Shown piece by piece: positions 59,403 through 64,000 of a stretch of 64,000 nucleotides of DNA (position 1 is the stretch's first letter; each line of letters starts with the position of its first letter). Where the stretch lies: positions 2,016,001 through 2,080,000 of the forward strand of contig OY762654.1 of NCBI GenBank assembly GCA_963666205.1. The letters are read 5' to 3'. Made by a program: the position numbers and the translations under genes. The notes under the pieces are model-generated. The model made no database searches and was not told the DNA's origin. It was given only the letters and a program-made list of their open reading frames with translations. Source of the DNA: Synergistales bacterium (GTDB taxonomy: Bacteria; Synergistota; Synergistia; Synergistales; JAFGMB01).

Positions 59403-61616
59403 ATGAACCGTAAAAAGAGACTGAAACTGCTCCTGACCTGTATTGTGCTGCTTATGGTTGTACTTGTCGGCTATAAGATATATTTATTTGTTTATGAAGC
59501 AGATTACGAGGCGCTCAATGCAGAAAATATCGATCAGATCGCATTGCGCCTCCAGGGTCAAGACTCATTCAGCTTTGCTGTTGTAGGCAATGTTGAGAAT
59601 TCCATGAAGATTTTCGAGAAACGCTTTGTTCCCCTGATCAAAGACAAAAATGCCGATTTTATGATATCTGTTGGAAACGCCGTCTCTGATGGTGATGAAA
59701 GCAAATATAGATTGCTTCACCGTGGATTTAAAAAACTGGGGATCCCATACATTCTGGCCATCGGCCAAAATGAGGTCAAAGATTCTGGCACGATTAAATT
59801 CTACCGTCATTTCGGGCCCCTTTTCTTTTCCTTCCATCTCGCTGATTCATATTTTATTTTCCTTGATTCAACCGGACAGACATCGTGGAAATGGCAGGAA
59901 AGATGGCTGAAAGATGAATTGGAGCTGGCCAGGAGGTATTCATATCGATTTGTGGTCTTAAACCAGTGTCTGTTAACATTACCTGGTTTTGACCCGGATG
60001 ATGCCGGATATATTGTGGATGAAAACCGCAGCATTTTTTTGCAGGGGTTATTTTCCCGGAACCGTGTGACGGCCGTTTTTTCAAGCGGTTACCCTGGTTA
60101 CCATGAAAAAATAGTACAGGGAGTGAGGTATATCGTATCGGGTGGTGGAGGCGGATTGCTTCTGGGGCAGACTAAAGAGCCTTACCAGTTTGTCAGGGTC
60201 ATAGTGGGGCAGGATCAGGTAACATATGAAAATATGGCTATCTCCCACCGGCTGGGTCCATTTCTCTATAAACTGGAAACGCTGAAGCTTTTTCTCCACT
60301 CATTTTTCTATATGAGTCTTTTTAACTTTCTGGTTACTCTGAGTATTATCAGTCTCTTTGCACTGAAGCTGTATTCACTGCTCATTCGCCAGGAGCATTT
60401 TTACCGTGACTTCAGTATTGATGAAAAGGTGCTCTCCAAAGAACCGCTGCGCGTGGCCATGTTTACGAATAATTATCTTCCCTTTACGGGAGGAGTACCT
60501 ATTTCCGTAGACCGTCTCTATAGAGGGCTTGTTGGCAACGGTACAAAGGTGAAACTCTTTGCCCCCCTCTATCCGCAACAGTGTTCTGCCACCGGGGATG
60601 ATGACAGGGTATTCCGATGTCCTGTCCTTTTTCATACCCGCATGGAAAATTTTCCGATTTCCAATATTTTTTCCCGAAAGATCGAAGCAGAGTTCAAAAC
60701 CTTTGACTGCGACCTGGTACATGTCCACCATCCTTTCTGGCTTGGTAAGAAAGGGATGCAGCTTGCCAGGAAACGAGGCATACCGGTGGTTTTTACCTAC
60801 CACACCAGGCTGGAACGCTATACCCATTACATTCCTCTGCCGGGTACTATTCTGAAAAACCTGATTGCCCATCTCCTGATCAAACACTTTGCCAACAGGT
60901 GCGATGCCATTATCACCCCCACAGCCTCTACAGAGGAATACCTGCGGAACCTCGGAGTCAGCGCCCTGATCGAAACAATTCCAACCGGTATAAACATGGA
61001 GGATTATAAACGATGGTCTCACCATCAGGTTCAGGCTCTGCGAAGTCGGTATGCCGCCCCGCGAGGTCGACTTCTGATAAGCGTTTCACGAATGGCACTG
61101 GAAAAAAATCTTGATTTTATGATCGATGGGCTGGTTAAAGTTAAAAACAGGACTCACTCAACTTTTAAATGCATCCTGATAGGGGATGGACCGGAGAAAG
61201 AGCGACTGGAGAAAAAAGTTGCCGATCTTGGTATGGATGACTGGATCGTCTTTACCGGATATATGGCTCCGCACGAAGTTGCCCTGTGTTACCTTGCTGC
61301 CGATCTTTTCGTTTTTGCCTCGACTTCCGAAACACAGGGAATGGTTCTGCTGGAAGCAATGGCCGGGGGATGTCCCGTTGTGGCGGTTCGTGCCAGCGGG
61401 GTCTACGATGTGGTGAAAGATGGATACAATGGCTTCAAGGTTGCCGAAAGCACTGATAACTGGGCAGAGGCAGTCGCAAATCTTTTAGAGGATGACAAAC
61501 AGCGGTCCATTATGTCTGAAAATAGCCAGATATTTGCCAGGGATTATTCCATGAAAAAAACCATAGCAAAGATTTCAAGACTTTATCGGAGGGTAGTGAT
61601 CCTCGGTCGATCATAA
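59403..61616 (+). CDS. Fusion of a degenerate calcineurin-like metallophosphoesterase domain, a TM helix and a GT4 glycosyltransferase (diacylglycerol glucosyltransferase-like)
   Basis: GT4 motifs FTNNYLP.TGGV, HVHHPFWLG, TYHT and FASTSETQGMVLLEAM. The N-terminal half has phosphoesterase-like spacing (LDS, QERWLKDEL, YIVSGGGG). Confidence 0.85.
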   Translation: MNRKKRLKLLLTCIVLLMVVLVGYKIYLFVYEADYEALNAENIDQIALRLQGQDSFSFAVVGNVENSMKIFEKRFVPLIKDKNADFMISVGNAVSDGDESKYRLLHRGFKKLGIPYILAIGQNEVKDSGTIKFYRHFGPLFFSFHLADSYFIFLDSTGQTSWKWQERWLKDELELARRYSYRFVVLNQCLLTLPGFDPDDAGYIVDENRSIFLQGLFSRNRVTAVFSSGYPGYHEKIVQGVRYIVSGGGGGLLLGQTKEPYQFVRVIVGQDQVTYENMAISHRLGPFLYKLETLKLFLHSFFYMSLFNFLVTLSIISLFALKLYSLLIRQEHFYRDFSIDEKVLSKEPLRVAMFTNNYLPFTGGVPISVDRLYRGLVGNGTKVKLFAPLYPQQCSATGDDDRVFRCPVLFHTRMENFPISNIFSRKIEAEFKTFDCDLVHVHHPFWLGKKGMQLARKRGIPVVFTYHTRLERYTHYIPLPGTILKNLIAHLLIKHFANRCDAIITPTASTEEYLRNLGVSALIETIPTGINMEDYKRWSHHQVQALRSRYAAPRGRLLISVSRMALEKNLDFMIDGLVKVKNRTHSTFKCILIGDGPEKERLEKKVADLGMDDWIVFTGYMAPHEVALCYLAADLFVFASTSETQGMVLLEAMAGGCPVVAVRASGVYDVVKDGYNGFKVAESTDNWAEAVANLLEDDKQRSIMSENSQIFARDYSMKKTIAKISRLYRRVVILGRS

Positions 61617-61668
61617 AACCATTGATCACCGGTCCTGTTCTGGATCTCCGATACGGCTAAGGTCCTGT

Positions 61669-62418
61669 TTAACCGATAAGATCCCTCTCCATGTTTCCTT
61701 CCCACCCGAGTTCGGTTAGAACCTGTATAAAGATACTGTCCAGAGGTGCTCTTATGATTAGCCTTTCATTATTCCATGGATGGGTAAAAGAAATTTCCAC
61801 CGCTGCAAGCAGAAGCCTGTGGCAATCGAAATGTTCTCTGAAGAATCTGTTGTATTCTCCCTTGCCATATTTTACGTCACCTATTATGGGATGAGAGATG
61901 TGTTTCATGTGTCTTCTTATCTGTCTTCTTCTTCCAGTATGTGGAATGATCTCCACCAGGCTGTAACGGGAAGTGGGAAATCTGTTGACCTGGTATGGAA
62001 GTTCCACCTGGTCCAGCCTCCGGTATTCGGTTACCGCAGACTCCAGTTCAAGATCTTCTTTTTTCCTAGGGTTGACTATGCCATCATAGATCTCCCTGAG
62101 GGGGTGATCTATGATGGCACTTTCTTCTGTATATCCTCGAACAACAGCCAGATACTTTTTTATGATCTGCCCGGTTCTGAAAAACTCACTTATTATTGTT
62201 GCGCTGTCCTTGTCAAGTGCAAAGAGGAGGACCCCGCTTGTAGGCTTATCCAGGCGATGAAGGGGATATATGTAGCATCCCATCATATCTCTTACCATCT
62301 GCAGGGCGAACATTGTTTCATGAACATCCAGCCGGGTACGATGAACCAGTAGACCTGCCGGTTTGTTCACTGCCACTATATATTTGTCCTGGTACAGGAT
62401 CGGAAGAGTATCCTTCAT
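61669..62418 (-). CDS. truC: RluA-family pseudouridine synthase, TruC-like
   Basis: VNKPAGLLVHRT, HRLDKPTSGVLLFAL, IDHPL, RYSLVEI.P.TGR..QIRRH and HPIIGD.KYG motifs. Confidence 0.75.
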   Translation of the reverse strand: MKDTLPILYQDKYIVAVNKPAGLLVHRTRLDVHETMFALQMVRDMMGCYIYPLHRLDKPTSGVLLFALDKDSATIISEFFRTGQIIKKYLAVVRGYTEESAIIDHPLREIYDGIVNPRKKEDLELESAVTEYRRLDQVELPYQVNRFPTSRYSLVEIIPHTGRRRQIRRHMKHISHPIIGDVKYGKGEYNRFFREHFDCHRLLLAAVEISFTHPWNNERLIIRAPLDSIFIQVLTELGWEGNMERDLIG

Positions 62419-62682
62419 AATCTGTTTCTCCTTTGTTTTCCTGGACTAAATCATAACAGAGACCGCAAAAATTATCTGAAAGATCCGAAATGTGGATAGT
62501 GTCTTCTCTATTTATATCGGTGGACTGGTCACCTTCTCTTTATGATCGGATTATTCTGATTGAAGTTAGAAAATCCATTTGCATCATGGGGACTATTAAT
62601 TATTTTTCTTATCGTTGAAAGATTTTACAGTGTCTGGTGTTTTCCCTTTATTGACAAGTATCTGTGCTCTATTGATCCGGAT

Positions 62683-62715
62683 CTTAAGCTTTTCTTAAGG
62701 TTTGCCGGGTATCCT
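62683..62715 (+). promoter_or_regulatory. PmrA/BasR-type direct repeat box and -10 upstream of the arnT-like gene
   Basis: CTTAAG (62683-62688)-N5-CTTAAG (62694-62699), then TATCCT at 62710-62715. Confidence 0.6.
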
Positions 62716-62776
62716 TTCTTGTGGGAAGAGTATCAGAGTAAGTCTTTCTTTCATGTTTTGCGATCGAGAGGTTTTT

Positions 62777-64000
62777 ATGATGTTAAAACAGGGAATTTTC
62801 AACACCCGATTTGAAAAAATATTAATTGCCCTTATCCTCCTTACCCTTGGAGTATACCTGTTAACCCTGGGCTCCCACAGCCTTATTGATCCGGATGAGG
62901 GCAGATATGCTGAAGTAGCAAGGGAAATGATCGAAACCGGGGATTACATAACTCCTCATCTCAACTATGTTAAGTTTTTTGATAAGCCGGCTCTTCCTTA
63001 CTGGATGACTGCCATTGCTTTTCGTGTCTTTGGGGTGAATGCTTTTGCAGCCAGATTTAGTCCGGGGATACTTGCACTGATGGGTATGTTCACCCTCTAT
63101 CGGCTTTCTTCCAGGATCTACAACAGGCGGGCAGGTCTTATAACAGCCCTTGTTGCAGGAACATCCTTTCTATATTTTATTATTTCCCACATAACCATAA
63201 CCGATATGCCCCTTGCCTTTTTTGTAACCCTTTCTCTTGCAGGATTTTATATCGGATATCTTGAAAAGAGCAGATATTACCTGCTTTTTTATTGTGGGAT
63301 GGCTTTGGCTCTGCTCTCAAAAGGTCTTATAGGAATAATTTTCCCCTGCGGAATTGTTTTCTGGTGGATCCTTCTTACAAGAAAGTGGCGGATCTTCAGA
63401 GCACTATTTTCATTAAGAGGAATACTGATTTTCCTTGTAATAGCTTTGCCCTGGTTTATCGCCGTAAGTCTGGGAAATCCTGATTTTTTTCACTATTTTT
63501 TTATCCGTCAGCATTTTATCCGTTACCTTACAAATGCGGATAATCGCTATGAGCCCTTCTGGTTCTTTATCCCCATTATCATAGTGGGATTTATCCCCTG
63601 GACAGGATTTTTATTTGTTTCTCTGAAAGAGGAACTGTCTACTTTATGGAAAAATAAACCAGAAGAGAAGGAGGGGGAGCTTTTTCTTCTCCTCTGGTTT
63701 GTCCTTATATTCCTTTTCTTTTCCATGTCCGGATCAAAACTTGTGCCATATATAATTCCTGTTTTTTCACCTCTGGCAGTACTCCTGGGAGGTCAGATAG
63801 ACAGGATGCTACAGGATCTGGATTTTAAAAGGACAAGGACGGTTCTTGTCTTGAATGCCACGTTTCTCTTATTCTTCGCTGCCCTGATGTTAATTTTGCC
63901 TTTTATACAGAATGACTATTCATTGCAGAAGACCCTGCCCGTAAGCCTCTCCATTTCTCTGGCTTTTGTTGCCGGGGTGGTTGTTATTTTTTATTTTTAC
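62777..64000 (+). CDS. ArnT/PMT-family lipid-carrier-dependent glycosyltransferase, 3' truncated by window edge
   Basis: Absent from the ORF track because it has no stop in the window. Read by hand: MMLKQGIF...DPDEGRYAEVAREMIETGDYITPHLNYVKFFDKPALPYW, with SKG and SGSKLVPYIIP later. RBS GAGAGG. Confidence 0.88.
   Translation, partial: MMLKQGIFNTRFEKILIALILLTLGVYLLTLGSHSLIDPDEGRYAEVAREMIETGDYITPHLNYVKFFDKPALPYWMTAIAFRVFGVNAFAARFSPGILALMGMFTLYRLSSRIYNRRAGLITALVAGTSFLYFIISHITITDMPLAFFVTLSLAGFYIGYLEKSRYYLLFYCGMALALLSKGLIGIIFPCGIVFWWILLTRKWRIFRALFSLRGILIFLVIALPWFIAVSLGNPDFFHYFFIRQHFIRYLTNADNRYEPFWFFIPIIIVGFIPWTGFLFVSLKEELSTLWKNKPEEKEGELFLLLWFVLIFLFFSMSGSKLVPYIIPVFSPLAVLLGGQIDRMLQDLDFKRTRTVLVLNATFLLFFAALMLILPFIQNDYSLQKTLPVSLSISLAFVAGVVVIFYFY

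Noticed and set aside
61669-62418. GRRRQ instead of GRxHQ in the pseudouridine synthase as a sign of inactivity
   Set aside because: The catalytic HRLD Asp and the other motifs are intact, and one substitution is insufficient evidence.
62560-62814. 84-aa ORF before the ArnT-like gene
   Set aside because: It spans the promoter and PmrA-type box, has no RBS, and overlaps the true start out of frame.
1-64000. CRISPR arrays, tRNA/rRNA genes, prophage, transposase or defence-system genes
   Set aside because: No repeat-spacer pattern, cloverleaf-like tRNA, integrase/transposase or nuclease motifs were recognised by eye. A tRNAscan/Infernal/HMM run would be needed to exclude them formally.

Overview
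Gene-dense bacterial chromosome segment, most likely from the phylum Synergistota. This is inferred from a Synergist-CTERM sorting tail at ~15460-15553 and from outer-membrane genes (TolC, TonB-dependent receptor). No rRNA, tRNA, CRISPR array or transposase was seen. Left to right: (1) an apparent opine/imino-acid catabolic island with three ornithine cyclodeaminase/mu-crystallin paralogues, an opine dehydrogenase, an enolase-superfamily enzyme, a TAXI-TRAP transporter and two RpiR regulators; (2) a 2,3-butanediol dehydrogenase-like gene; (3) a heavily frameshifted Synergist-CTERM surface-protein gene; (4) an Arn/Gtr-like lipid-carrier glycosylation operon for an acylated 4-amino-6-deoxy sugar that unexpectedly contains a beta-keto acid cleavage enzyme, next to rfbBA; (5) a MacAB-TolC-type exporter; (6) a GntR/CoA-transferase III/HMG-CoA-lyase-family unit; (7) a nucleotide/nucleoside salvage cluster; (8) a frameshifted D-aminoacylase; (9) a cobalamin riboswitch-controlled btuBFCD-like operon convergent with exbBD-tonB; (10) a pilin with a beta-sandwich domain; (11) a split LysO-type exporter downstream of an unusually extended c-di-GMP-I riboswitch; (12) a fusion of an apparently dead metallophosphoesterase, a TM helix and a GT4 domain, beside a DUF374 gene; (13) a truC-like gene; and (14) an ArnT-family gene with a PmrA-type box that runs off the window end. 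All family calls come from motif recognition by eye, not from database searches.
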